A stretch of 64,000 nucleotides of DNA, from contig CDMY01000255.1 of assembly GCA_001179505.1 (NCBI GenBank), forward strand, positions 124,001 to 188,000, in the 5' to 3' direction. Source of the DNA: Vitrella brassicaformis CCMP3155 (taxonomy: Eukaryota; Protista; Chromerida). Each line of letters starts with the position of its first letter. The first letter of the stretch is position 1. The notes below the pieces were generated by a model, which saw nothing but the letters and a program-made list of their open reading frames with translations, was not told where the DNA came from and searched no databases. The translations under genes were made by a program, and so were the position numbers. Shown piece by piece: positions 10,728 through 21,950 of the stretch.

Positions 10728-13003
10728 GTGCAGGAGCCTCCGATCAATGGCAATCACTACCGCCTCGTTAGCCGGAGCGGCCGACAGCCCAACAATGACG
10801 GACCGGTGCGTCAGATCCCTCCCTCCGTCAGTCCCATGCGTTGTGTGTGTCAGGCTCAGGATCGCATCGCGCGTGAGACCCTGCTGTCCATCTACGGCTA
10901 CATACCCCCCTGGGCCGTCACCCGCGTCGCACCCAACAAGCGCGTCCTCTCGTCCACCCCGCCCCTCTACGACCACTTTGACATCGACTGCTCCGACGAG
11001 ACAACGCGTGGTGTGTGGGAGCGGCTGCCCAGCAGACTGGCGCGCAAGTGGGGTGCCATGGCGAGGAACCTGAAGCAGGTGACGGTGCGATACCCACACT
11101 GTCACCTGCGCGACGGTGACGAGGGTGACGATTGGTGCCAGTGCACCTGGGTGAGTGTGATCGAGGCGCATGCGACTGCGCGCGAGGCCCACAACAAGAA
11201 GCACGACAAGGACAAGGAGGGCGGCGCCCAGGGACCGGCCGGGGAGCAGCAGGGAGGGTCCCTCCACACCATCACCTTCGAGAAGGTCGAGCTGACCAAC
11301 GATGAGTTCCGTGCCCTCGACTGGCAGGATCCTCGGTCCCTGATTTTGCGCCGCCCTTTGAGGTCCGTCACCCTCTCTGGCCTCAAGAGCATCCGTGGTC
11401 TCCGACATGCGCACTGCACGCTGATCGACGAGCGCGGCTGGGCCATGCCATCGCTAGAGCGTGCGGAGGGCCACGCGTGTGGGAGCTTCATCCGCACATC
11501 CGGCAGCCTGACGGACCTGGAGGTGCGGACGAGCCCCACAGGGCTGGCTAACTTCTTAGGGGTTGTGCCGGTGCCGGCTGAGGGGCAGCGCTCGAGGTTG
11601 GCGGGCCTCCGGACACTGGGAGTCATTCGTAGATAGCCACGGATTCGAGTCCCCGTTCGTCGGGGCTTCATGAGGGGGGCTTCGATGAGGGGAAGTTGGT
11701 GCACGGCATCGATCGCTTGAAGGTAGGTACGGGGAAATAAATTACAGAAGGGATCCATGGAGGAATGGACCCTGTGCTGTCCCTGTCGATCTCGCTGTCA
11801 GGATGTGCTGCACCGTCACAAGATCCGCTCTCTAACGGAGATCAAGGCTGCCGTGCCTGTCGTCCACCGCGCCGTCAACACTTCCAAGCTGCTCGCCTTC
11901 GTGCAGGCTCTCGAGGCGCTCGAGGCGTCCCTCACACCAGCCACCTCGACCAACACCACCACCACCAGCATCAGCACGGCATTCGCCAGGCCACTGCAAA
12001 TGGTGCTGGTCAACCGACTCACTGTCAAGACGATGCGCATCTCCCTCCCCCTGGATCGGCAGTCCGCCTTCCCATCCCCACTCTTCGCGGCCGCGGTGAG
12101 ACACATTGCCAGGAGGGCCGAGTCGGTCATCTGGGACGTCGACCGGGCACACGTGGCCGCCCTCACCACGCCCACCACAGCCGAGAAGGAGCTCATGGCC
12201 GCCCTGCGATTCGACAAGGCCACCACAGTGAAGTTGCGGGGTGGCGGTGGGACACTCGCATCCACCGCCGCCCTGCATGACCTCTCGCCCGACGCATTTC
12301 CCGCCACGAAGCTGGTCATCGACACTCGTGGGGGCTGTGTCACTGCTGCGAGCATCTTGGCATCCAAGATGCCGTGTGTGCGTGATGTGAGACTGGGGGT
12401 GAGTGCTGGGGAGGGGGGCTCGGGAGTGTTGGCTGAGGGGGAGGTGGTAAGCATCTTGAGATCGATAGGTGGGAAGAGGCGGCTGGCTAGTCTGGTGGTT
12501 CGAGGTGTTGTGTTGGGGGAAGGGGGGCTGATGTGGGGGGAAGGGGGGCATGAATTAGAGATAGAGGACCTGGAAGTGCACATAGACGGTGAGTGGGCAC
12601 CTGTAACATAGATAGACATGGACAAAGTGTTGTGTGCGGCTGTATTGCAGGTTTCGCTCTCCCTCCCTGGGACAAAGTGTTGTGTGAGGCTGGACCGTGC
12701 AGTGAAGCCGCTGTCACGTCATTCGTCTCCAGCGTGCCGTCTCTGCTCCAGCTGCGAGGCATGCGCGTGCTCAGGATCATGGTCAGCGGCAGAGACCTGC
12801 AGGAGAACTCTGCCAGGGCCATGTGGCTTGCGCTTCGAGGGCATTTCCCCGAGGTGTACAGGAACGAGGTGGACGGCTTCAACGTCACATGGAGCCAGAA
12901 GCCGCGCGTTCTTCACTTGACGTACGATGACGGCTTCGGCTTCAGATGGGGCGGGGACTGGGTGTACGAGACGACAGTGACTGCGAGACGCATCGACACC
13001 TAG
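10728..13003 (+). CDS. Lineage-expanded hypothetical protein (F-box-like N-terminus, LRR-like body), multi-exon; true start probably upstream near 10.4-10.6 kb
   Basis: ETLLSIYGYIPPW..VWERLPSRLARKWGAMARNL..TWVSVIEAHATAR..GGSLHTITFE..WAMPSLE aligns by eye with the 18.5 kb and 39.8 kb genes (LWERIPIGLVKRLAASLTRL..VFITFVEGHAEGRR..GGSLQTIVLE..WRMPSLA). Codon-like exons lie at ~10850-11630, ~11800-12590 and ~12650-13003. Confidence 0.55.
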
Positions 13004-13374
13004 ACCACAAGGTCGGTCAGACAACAAAGGCCATGCCAGGCACCATGGGAACATGTGTGTCTGTGTGATGATCAGATAGATTGGTTGGCGGGCGGGGAGG
13101 CCGTCTCTTGTCATGGATGGCCTGTCTGCCTGCATGTCTGCATGATGAAATGATGAATGTTGCGACGTTAGAGTGACGCGCGGGAGACACCGATGGATGC
13201 AGACGTCCCCGTGTAGACGACCACATTCACCAGGCAGAGAAACACAACGGGAGGAAGGATGCGTACGTGCGTGATTCGTGTGTGTTACGGGTACGCTATG
13301 CGTAATCAATCATCAGATATCATGAACAGCGAGTCTCATCCATATGTAGGCAGACCGCTCTCATACCCATCCCC

Positions 13375-14793
13375 CTATGTCAGATTGATGGTCAGTCCAC
13401 CCAAGTCAGGTGCATCAGGACTCACTACCCTCGGCGGCACCAGCAAAGCCATGTACTGGGTCACAATCTGAACAAAACAAACAACGCAGACAGTCAGATC
13501 AGCAACGGTCCATACCGATTTTGTGTGCCGTTTGTGTGCCGACTGACCTCTCCGACGTCCAGCCGTCCGTCTGTGATTTCGTCATCCCAGTCATCTTCAT
13601 CCGAGTCGGGCATGTCCTCCCGCTCGGCCTCGATGGCCGCAGCCACGGGATCAATCACACGCTTCTTCGGACCTTTCCGCCGAACTGGATAAGAGTAGAC
13701 ACACAAAAGGCAGCTGCCACTGCATTGCTTGCATTTGTTTCTGTTGCGGGTGCTGACCTCTGTCATCTTCCTCGCCTCTGACGGCGATGATGGTCTCGAA
13801 TGTGTGCTGCTCAGTGCTGGAGAGAGGCTCCTCGGTCACATAGCAACAGCGAAGGACGTCAGCGGTCAGAGAACCTGCAGACACTCACACAATCAAATGA
13901 CAACGTGGGCAGATTGGGCTCTCTATAATTTGGCCATTGTCACCTTCAACTCTGATGCGATTTCTGCGTGTCCGTGTGAGCGTCAGATTGGCACTCAGCT
14001 GACCCAGCCCACCAAACTTCAACCTGCACACACAGAATGCAAACAAATGACCAAGCGGTCAGCAGATGGGCTCGGTGCGTGTTGCTGCCCACCTCTGCGC
14101 CAGTGCGTTGCACTCCTCCGGCTTGGCCTGAACGCGCATCCGGACGGATTTGCCCACCGCCCTCAGCCTCTTGGACACATCCACTATCCGCGAGAACTCA
14201 GCCGGCAGGTCCATCATGAGCTTCTCGTCACCCTTTTTCGCCATTTTCGGCTGTACCTGGAGGCTGATGGGAGATTCACCATCGCCGACAGGCAGCTCAG
14301 CGAGCCCCAGGCTCTCCAGATCCAGCGGCGAGATCTCGGCCCAATCCTCCTCGTCGCCATCGGTGTCATCATCGCTCTGACCAGGCACTCCTCGTTTCCT
14401 CCTCACGTTTGCTTGCGGCTGTGCCTGCACGTGCTGCCTCGCTAGGTGGCGGATTGCCTTCTGCTCCTCCAGATGGGCCAGCAGGTCATGGACGTCCACC
14501 GTAGCCCCACTCTCGCCCGCATCGTCATCATCGGGTTCGTCTTGCAGCTTAGTCGTCGTCTCGTCCATCAGATCCGCCCATGAGGCTTCGTCCCAGTCAG
14601 TGGCCTTCTTCCGAGCGCTCAATGCAGTCGACAAGAGAGGGAGCGTTGCTGACGTCCTTCGGCGCGGTGGCAGGCATCTTGAATGCACATGGTGCGGAGG
14701 AAGTACAGGACAGGGAAAGGGCTGCATGAGGAACGCCGGCGACTCGGGGAGGGCAGAAAACGCCGTGGAGATGAATGCAGCTGACAGCTTCAT
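13375..14793 (-). CDS. DUF177/YceD-family protein (23S rRNA accumulation) with putative plastid-targeting leader
   Basis: Exons give AEFSRIVDVSKRL..VQAKPEECNALAQR, GSLTADVLRCCYVTEEPL..FETII, DDEITDGRLDVGE|IVTQYMALLVPP..INLT* (TAG 13377-13375), which matches the DUF177 pattern. The leader MKLSAAFISTAFSALPESPAFLMQPF is followed by a Ser/Arg/Pro-rich stretch. Confidence 0.8.
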
Positions 14794-14984
14794 TGCCAAA
14801 CAGATCTTGAAAGCCACTTTCAACTACAGAAAGCCGTCAGCGCCAGCGAACAGTATCAGAGGCAGATCTTCATTGTGTGCTTCGAAACAGTGGCGAGCTC
14901 GTCTGCAAGCTCAGCTCGCAGCCGCTAACTGTTTTTCGGTTTTCTCTTCTGCAAATCTGATGCATCTGTGATGCCACCGTGGTG
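14794..14984. promoter_or_regulatory. Compact bidirectional promoter between the DUF177 gene and the GT47 gene
   Basis: Head-to-head ATGs (14793 minus, 14985 plus) are ~190 bp apart and the spacer is more AT-rich. It contains the inverted pair GCGAGCT (14893-14899) and AGCTCGC (14913-14919). Confidence 0.55.
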
Positions 14985-17290
14985 ATGCTTGCCTTCACCC
15001 GCCCCACTGCCCTTCTGCTCACGGCCTTAGTTGCGGCTTTCCTGCTGTTTGGCACCTTCCCTGTCAGAGTTCTCCTCGGCCTCGACGGCAGAAATGTGTT
15101 CGAGCTCAGCAAGCTCAGCCGATTCGTCCACCCAACCTTCCATCAGCTGGGATATGTCTTCAGAGGCAAGGCACGCTCTGCAACTCCAGGCATCAACGGT
15201 GACTTCGCCGATCTGGAGGCACTGGAGAGTCAGCTGGAGGTCCCTTTCTACATCTACGAGACGCCGGCGGTGCGGGAGCTGTATGACATCTGCCAGGAGG
15301 CTGCTCGCGGGATCCTGAATGGCACTTGGCCGTCGCACTTGCCCACATACAACAAGAAAAACATCGGTGAGAGGAGAAGAGAGAAGCACACCTGATGAAA
15401 GAGCGCCCGGAGGAATGCATCGCTGATGGTATCTGTCTGCTCTGCCTACGTGCAGATGAGGTCTATTGGTTGGATCAGTTGTGGAACGATCCATGGAGAG
15501 TGACTGATCCCGAGAAAGCCCTCGTATTTGTCATCCCTGTGTACCCTGGTACGCACCGAGCCAGCCATGAAGCCCTCACAAACCATGTTCTGACGGGCGC
15601 TTCCTGGTCTGCTTCGCATTCTCAGTGCTATCTCTTGAGCGCGCTTGCGAAGGCAGGAGTCATAAGATAACACATAGTCTTGCGGACAAGGCGGTCGAGG
15701 AGATACAAGCGATGCCATACTGGGGCAGAAATGACGGGCTGGACCACATTGTCATGGTCAGCCAGTGCACATGTGCCGATTATCTTCATTCACTCACAGC
15801 AGCTATGCATGTCTGCTCTCTTCTTGCATCAGGCTGTGGACTATCGGTTCAGCTTTGGCAACATCAGGGGTGCTTTTGGCGGCAAATTCGGCGACCTGGC
15901 GAAGAACATCACCTGGGGGCGGAAGCTCAGCGAGAGAAGTAGTCATTTCCACATCCACCCGTCCGTCTGTTCTCGGCTCGTATCTTGTCTTGTTTGTGTT
16001 TGTGTGTGTCCGAACAGCTAAGGCGCAGTACGCCTGTGGCGTGACAGCTCCCTTCACGTAAGCGAGCCAAATACGAGAGCGGCCATCCATCCGTCACCAA
16101 CCTCACAATGCCTGTCTATTTTGACGCCTTCTCGCCACTGCTGCAGGTCGGCGATGAGTTTTCTGCAGAGGGCCTACCGTCCCTTTGAGAAGGAGAGTCT
16201 GCTCGAGCGGGGCCTCGTGGACGCTGCCGACGTCTTTGAGGACGATCGCCTGCACACCGCCTTCAACCCGCCGTCCAAAACGGACTGGTTCGCGAGGGAC
16301 TACCTCATGTTTTTCCAGGGTACGTGGGCGGATGTGTGCAAAGGAAGACTGACCACAGGCCACTCATCTTCCTGTCTGCATGTCTTCACTGCTTGGTTGG
16401 TTGGTTCGTTCAGGCCAGGCCGACAATCGGGGCGCGTACACGTATCGCAGGCGGGGCTTCGAGCAGCTGGCTGGGTGGCACTACACGCCCGAGTCGTGTC
16501 CCGACTGCCCTAGAAGCTCCAACGTCTTCGTTTCTGCATCAAACCCCCAGGACTACACCGTCCTCGACGCAGACGGCAACAAGAAGAAGGAGCGTATCCC
16601 CGAGTGCCCCCGGAGAGGCAGGGAGAGACGAGCGTTCGGGGTGCAGCTGGGCAAGTTTGAGCGGTGCCGAGGGTTGACGCCGTCGACACGGAAGGATCAG
16701 ACCGACCTGAGTGTGTTCAAGGCTGCCACCTTCATGCACCGGCTGAGCAACTCGAAGCTCAATCTGTGTTTCCGCGGCGACGACGTGACGAGCAACCGGT
16801 ATACCGACGGCTTCTGGACGCGGACACTCAATCTGTTCATCACTGAGGTGGAGCCCATGTTCAGACTGGCCGTTCCCTTCCAATGCGAGATACCATGGTG
16901 GTAAGAAGAGCGCCGCCGCAACACACCAAGACACTCAGGCATCCCTTCAGTCAGGCATCCCTGCTGTGTGTCTGTGTCAGGAACTTCACGTATGCGATTG
17001 ACGGCAAAGAGTACAAGGAGGACCCCCGCAAGGCACTCACACCCATCCTGAGAGAGCTTTATGAGGACCCAGCAGCAGTGCGGGAGAGGCTGCGGCTGAT
17101 GGAGTACTACAGCAGGAAGGTCCTGTGGAACGCACCTGGCAGCACCACGGCGAGGAGCGTCCTGAGAGCCATGACGCGGCAATGCCTCTCTGACGACATG
17201 AAGATGGCCTTCATAGAGAGAACCAGACAAGAAGGTCAGAGAACTCGCACACGGAAGAGCGGCATAGATAAGGGAATGGCCGACGGATGA
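14985..17290 (+). CDS. Exostosin-like (GT47) glycosyltransferase, type II membrane protein, about 8 exons
   Basis: N-terminal hydrophobic anchor (ALLLTALVAAFLLFGTFPV) and exostosin motifs VPFYIYE, WRVTDPEKALVFVIP, PYWGRNDGLDHIV, YLMFFQG, SKLNLCFRGDDVTSNRYTDG, AVPFQCEIPW, followed by a C-terminal RERLRLMEYYSRKVLW. Confidence 0.8.
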
Positions 17291-17496
17291 TTCCTGCGCC
17301 TCTGTGTTCAGGTGACCCTTTGGATTTTCGAGACCATGAGTTGTTTGCGCCCTGTCGCTTTCCCGACAAGTCTGCCAAGCGAGAGGAGCAGTCGAAAACA
17401 AAGCCGGCCAACACTAATGTTCCAATAAAGAAGCGACGGCGCATTTGAGGGGAGGTGGAGCCGCAGCCTGGGCTGCATTTGCTCGCCTGGGCTGGG

Positions 17497-17796
17497 NNNN
17501 NNNNNNNNNNNNNNNNNNNNNNNNNNNNNNNNNNNNNNNNNNNNNNNNNNNNNNNNNNNNNNNNNNNNNNNNNNNNNNNNNNNNNNNNNNNNNNNNNNNN
17601 NNNNNNNNNNNNNNNNNNNNNNNNNNNNNNNNNNNNNNNNNNNNNNNNNNNNNNNNNNNNNNNNNNNNNNNNNNNNNNNNNNNNNNNNNNNNNNNNNNNN
17701 NNNNNNNNNNNNNNNNNNNNNNNNNNNNNNNNNNNNNNNNNNNNNNNNNNNNNNNNNNNNNNNNNNNNNNNNNNNNNNNNNNNNNNNNNNNNNNNN
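17497..17796. other. Scaffold gap (300 N) followed by a poly-G tract
   Basis: Run of N; long G homopolymer at ~17801-17829. Confidence 0.99.
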
Positions 17797-17799
17797 GGT

Positions 17800-17830
<31 letters not shown>

Positions 17831-18119
17831 AATTGAAGGGATCTGCATGTCAATTCAAGATGCGGTCTTGATCTCGTGCATTCATCCGTGCTTTTTGAGG
17901 TTGTGAATATCCATAAATGCACTCGTGAACATATGTGTCTCTGCATTCGTGTGTGTCCTCATGCGCCCATGGATGTACTCACTCTTCGTAGGTGGTTAAT
18001 TTAGGCGTCGAGACGCTGTAGCATGCAGAGACCCTACTAGCTAGCTAGGCACTGCCAATGAGTGAGTGGATGGATGGAAGGGATGGATGGATGGGAGGGA
18101 GAGAGACTCATTGATTGAA

Positions 18120-21100
18120 GGATCCATGTGTGTCAAAGAAGAGACCAACACGCTCAAACGTCCTGTAATCGGCAACACATCAGTGCAGAAGGTCGTTCGT
18201 CTGTGTTGCACAAAAGCCAGTGTCGGGCCCCGCCAAATCCAGGGTTGGGTTTTCAATGGCGAACCCCAAGGGCGATCCGCGTAGCGAATGTGACGCATTA
18301 GCCGAGAGAACAGAATCGAACCACTTGAATCATCGCACCCCTGCCCTCTCGACTGTTGTGGTGGGATGGCTGGTCATTAAGCTGATAGATATCGGAGGAC
18401 CCGGTGAGAAGCCTGGTGAGGCCGAGCACTCATCCGCTCACCCTCACATGCTGCATCTCTGTGTGTCTTCTCCAATCATTACAGGTTTGTTCGTTCGGTG
18501 ATGGCGGCTTCGTGCTCATCTGACGCCATTGGGCCAAAGGAGGACAGCTCAGCCACTGCAGACGAGTCGGCACAGGCACAGGCAGCCCATCCCCTCAGCG
18601 ATGATGAGGAGATCAAACCTGAGCTCTCTGCAATGATATCAGACACGGTGAGGTTATGCTAGGAACACAGCCGATGCGGCAGGTGGATTGGCTTCTCACT
18701 GTCCTCAATGTGTGTCATGCAGCCCGGCCTGCTGGATTGCGTCATTGTATTCTTGTCGCTTCATCTGCTGGTGTACCTGTCGCGGCACATGAGGGAGGCC
18801 GTCGCACCTCACCACACACGGCTCGTCATCAGCGCGGCTGACAAGGAGGAATGGTCCCTCTGGGAGCGCATCCCAATCGGCCTCGTCAAGCGGCTGGCAG
18901 CGTCCCTCACTCGCCTCACGTCCCTTATCTTCCGCTACCCCTTTGCCGCCACTCTCTGGTGCTTCGACGTCTTCATCACGTTCGTCGAAGGCCACGCTGA
19001 GGGGCGGCGAACAGCCAACATGCAGGGAGGGAGTCTGCAGACGATCGTCTTGGAGTGGGAAGGTTCTCTTTCTTCGGCCATGTTGGGCCGACTGCAGCGG
19101 AGAGATCCTCCCCTCCCTCCGCCCGCAGTCCCGCCCCCTACCCTTGACGCGCTCACGTCCATCACATTACTCGGAGGCGGACATGGGATTCTAGCTAATA
19201 GAGATTGGCGCATGCCCTCTCTTGCACGAGTGGGGCAGACGGGGTGGTCGTACCGCTCGTTGGGCCGCTTCATCAGCACCTCCCGACGCCTGCAGCACGT
19301 CGACGGGGACTTCTCAGATGGCGACTGGGCGAAGGCCTTTGAGCATCTGCCTGTGGGCGATGGGGGACAGCCGGGGCCTCTCAGCCAGCTCAAGAGTATG
19401 GGCAAGATTTGGCTGTTCAGTGTCGATGAGACAGATCGACTGCAGGTGAATAGAACATACACATAGAAACGAGGAGTGCGTGGCACTTGGAACGGTTCGC
19501 GCATCCCCTACCTCAGGCAACGCTCTCGTCACGTGGCTGTCGGAAGGCCCTTCCCGGGCTTCACGTGAGCCTTTCCCTCGCAGCAATTGACGTGCCGGAC
19601 CGCACCGTCGCCCGGCTGTGTGCCCTCGATCGCCTCATTAACTCCTGCTGTACATCGCCGGACGTCCCTGTCAGGGTCAGCCATCTGGACGGCCTCTCAC
19701 TCAAGCTCGATCACTTCCACACTGCGCCCTTCCCCTCAAACCCCACCCCCACATTCAGGAGGACGATCCAGCAGGTGGTCCAGAAGGCAAGTGGTGTGTA
19801 TTTCCACCTCACAGACGGCCCCTTGCCCCCCGCCACAGAGGCGGCAATCGACCTGGCCCGGACGCTGTCATTCGACAGCGCCACAGAGGTCGAGGTCGAA
19901 GTCTCCGCCAATGCCACCATCCCTTCCCAGGACAGCATGATCATCTCGCATCTGCAGCAACTGCCGCCGCGAGCAGGTCTGCTGTTCCGGCTTTATTCTG
20001 CTCGAGCGGCCCAGCCTGGTGTCGCGGGCGCTGTGGGTGCCATGATGGCCGCCAAGATGCACAAGTATGTCCAGAACGTCGACTTAGCGGAGTTGCTTGG
20101 AGAAGACGCCGTCCGTGTGCTTGAGGGTCTCGGGAGAGACAGGGAGGTGGGCATCGTGAGGATAAGATGGGCCAATTTGGAGCAGCTGACGAGCACCACT
20201 GCGACGCTGCCAGCTATAGATGGACTCGCAGTTGTGGGTGAGCCGAGCCAGGGAAGGAAGTGCACCTAGCCTTACCGATATCGGATTCTGTCTGTGTATG
20301 TCCTGTCAGTGGCGCAACACGTGGGGGATGAGCAGGAGGCTGCCCATTTCAATTCATGCCTCGTGTCGCTCTGCCAGAGTGTACGGGGCCTGAAGCGTGT
20401 GGACACGTATGTCGACGTCACAGAGACGGCTGTGCCAGACGTGGTTGAGCTGCTCGATCGGGGCACCAAGCTCGGCAGTGACTTCAGCGTCACCGACTTC
20501 AGCGTCACCAACCTGCGGCGGGGGCATGGCACTGTCAAGGTCACTGCCACACGGGACACGATACCGCAGGTCGGCACGAACGACAGAGAGGAAGAACGAT
20601 TTTGGTCGGTGGCTGCTTGTGACTGTGGATGTTGGTCAGGCTGCTGCTCCTGCTGGTGCTGGTGCTGGTGCTGGTGCTGTGGTTTCCAGGGGTCCACCAG
20701 AGAGCCACGAGCAGGCGAGCGCACCTGCTGCTGCCTCATCGGCAGGCCGTCCACGTGTCGCCGCGGAGATGGTCGACGACACGGAGCATTATGCGCCCTT
20801 CCTGACGGAATGCGCCAGCGCTGCCGAAGAGGTGCAGACATGTCCTTTGAATCGCCATGTCGCTCATCGGTTGCCGGCTCCTGCTTGCTGGTCGTCACAG
20901 GGGCGGATGCCGCACATCGCACCCTCGAATCCTCAGGTACAGACAGACAGACAGGCAGGGAGGCAGACACGCGTGTGATGGGTGAGAGGAGCACCACGCG
21001 TTCAATTGCGTGACGCTTGCGTGTGTGGCTCGTCAGAGTGGTGGTGGTGCTGTTGCTGTGGTTCCGAATGGGCCAAGCGGTGCTGCGGTAGGTGACTTCG

Positions 21101-21950
21101 TATTGACACATATGATACGCTTATGTATGCCATCGTTGTCAGGTCGCTCTCTCGTCCATCACCTCTGCTGCGTCGCCGCCCCTCACCAGCCGCGCCATGA
21201 GGCCCATGCTGCTGCCGTCGATGCCCCACCCACCCCCTCGCCCCCACACCGCCATGACGACATTCATGGTGATGGCCAACTATCCCTCGCCAGCTCCCAT
21301 GATCCCACCATACGCCCGTCCGCCCCTCCCCGCGTCCCTCCCTGGTGGCACAGCTGCTCCACAGGCGCACCATCAGGTCCCCTTCCCGCCACCTTCAGCA
21401 GCCCCAGCGATCAGGGGACCTCCAGGTGCACCGCCGACCATACCATGGTGGTACCAGCCACACGGAGGAATCCCGCCAAACGCACACGGGCAGCCACGGC
21501 AGCCGCCACGAGGCAGACAGCAGGAGGGGCGGGGCAATAGCTGGATGGGTGATTGAACGGCAGTGTGGACGGATGGATGGATGGATGGACTGGAGACGGT
21601 TTTCGGGGCGTGTGAGAATGCAGAAAGGGGTGGGGGTGACTAGTGGGATGAAACGGATGGGTGCTCATGTGCTTACTGGCTGCCTAGTTGCGTGGCGTGT
21701 GTGCAGATGGTGGGTGGGACCATCCAGATGACCATGCGTGCCTCGGCGAGACTATCGGTACCATTCAGAAATTTATCCGCTCAGTTGCCGCCTCACACAG
21801 CTGTTCCGTTCATTCTCAATCACATTTTTCAATCACAAGCATTGTCTCAATCACTACCTCATCACTACACTAGCCGAACACAGCCTGAACAAACGAAATG
21901 CGCACAGCACACAGCCCACGCAGACAGAGTAGGTAGGATACGTACGTATC
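18120..21950 (+). repeat. Segmental duplication, copy A (partner ~39480-44600)
   Basis: Shared upstream block (gtcaaa.aagag.ccaacacgc..; gcgtagcgaatgtgacgcattagccgag), shared first exon, gene body, Pro-rich tail and 3' flank (gatggactggagacggttt; tgtctcaatcactacc). The ATG-to-ATG offset is 21316. Confidence 0.9.
18501..21556 (+). CDS. Lineage-expanded F-box-like/LRR-like hypothetical protein, copy A, probably spliced to an Ala/Pro-rich tail
   Basis: MAASCSSDAIGPKEDSSAT..ELSAMISDT|..LLDCVIVFLSLHLLVYLSRHMREAVAPHHTRLV..DRLQ|ATLSSRGCRKAL... Phase-compatible downstream exons (..ECASAAEE|GRMPHIAPSNPQ|SGGGAVAV..|VALSS..MLLPSMPHPPP..) run to the stop at 21556. Confidence 0.65.
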
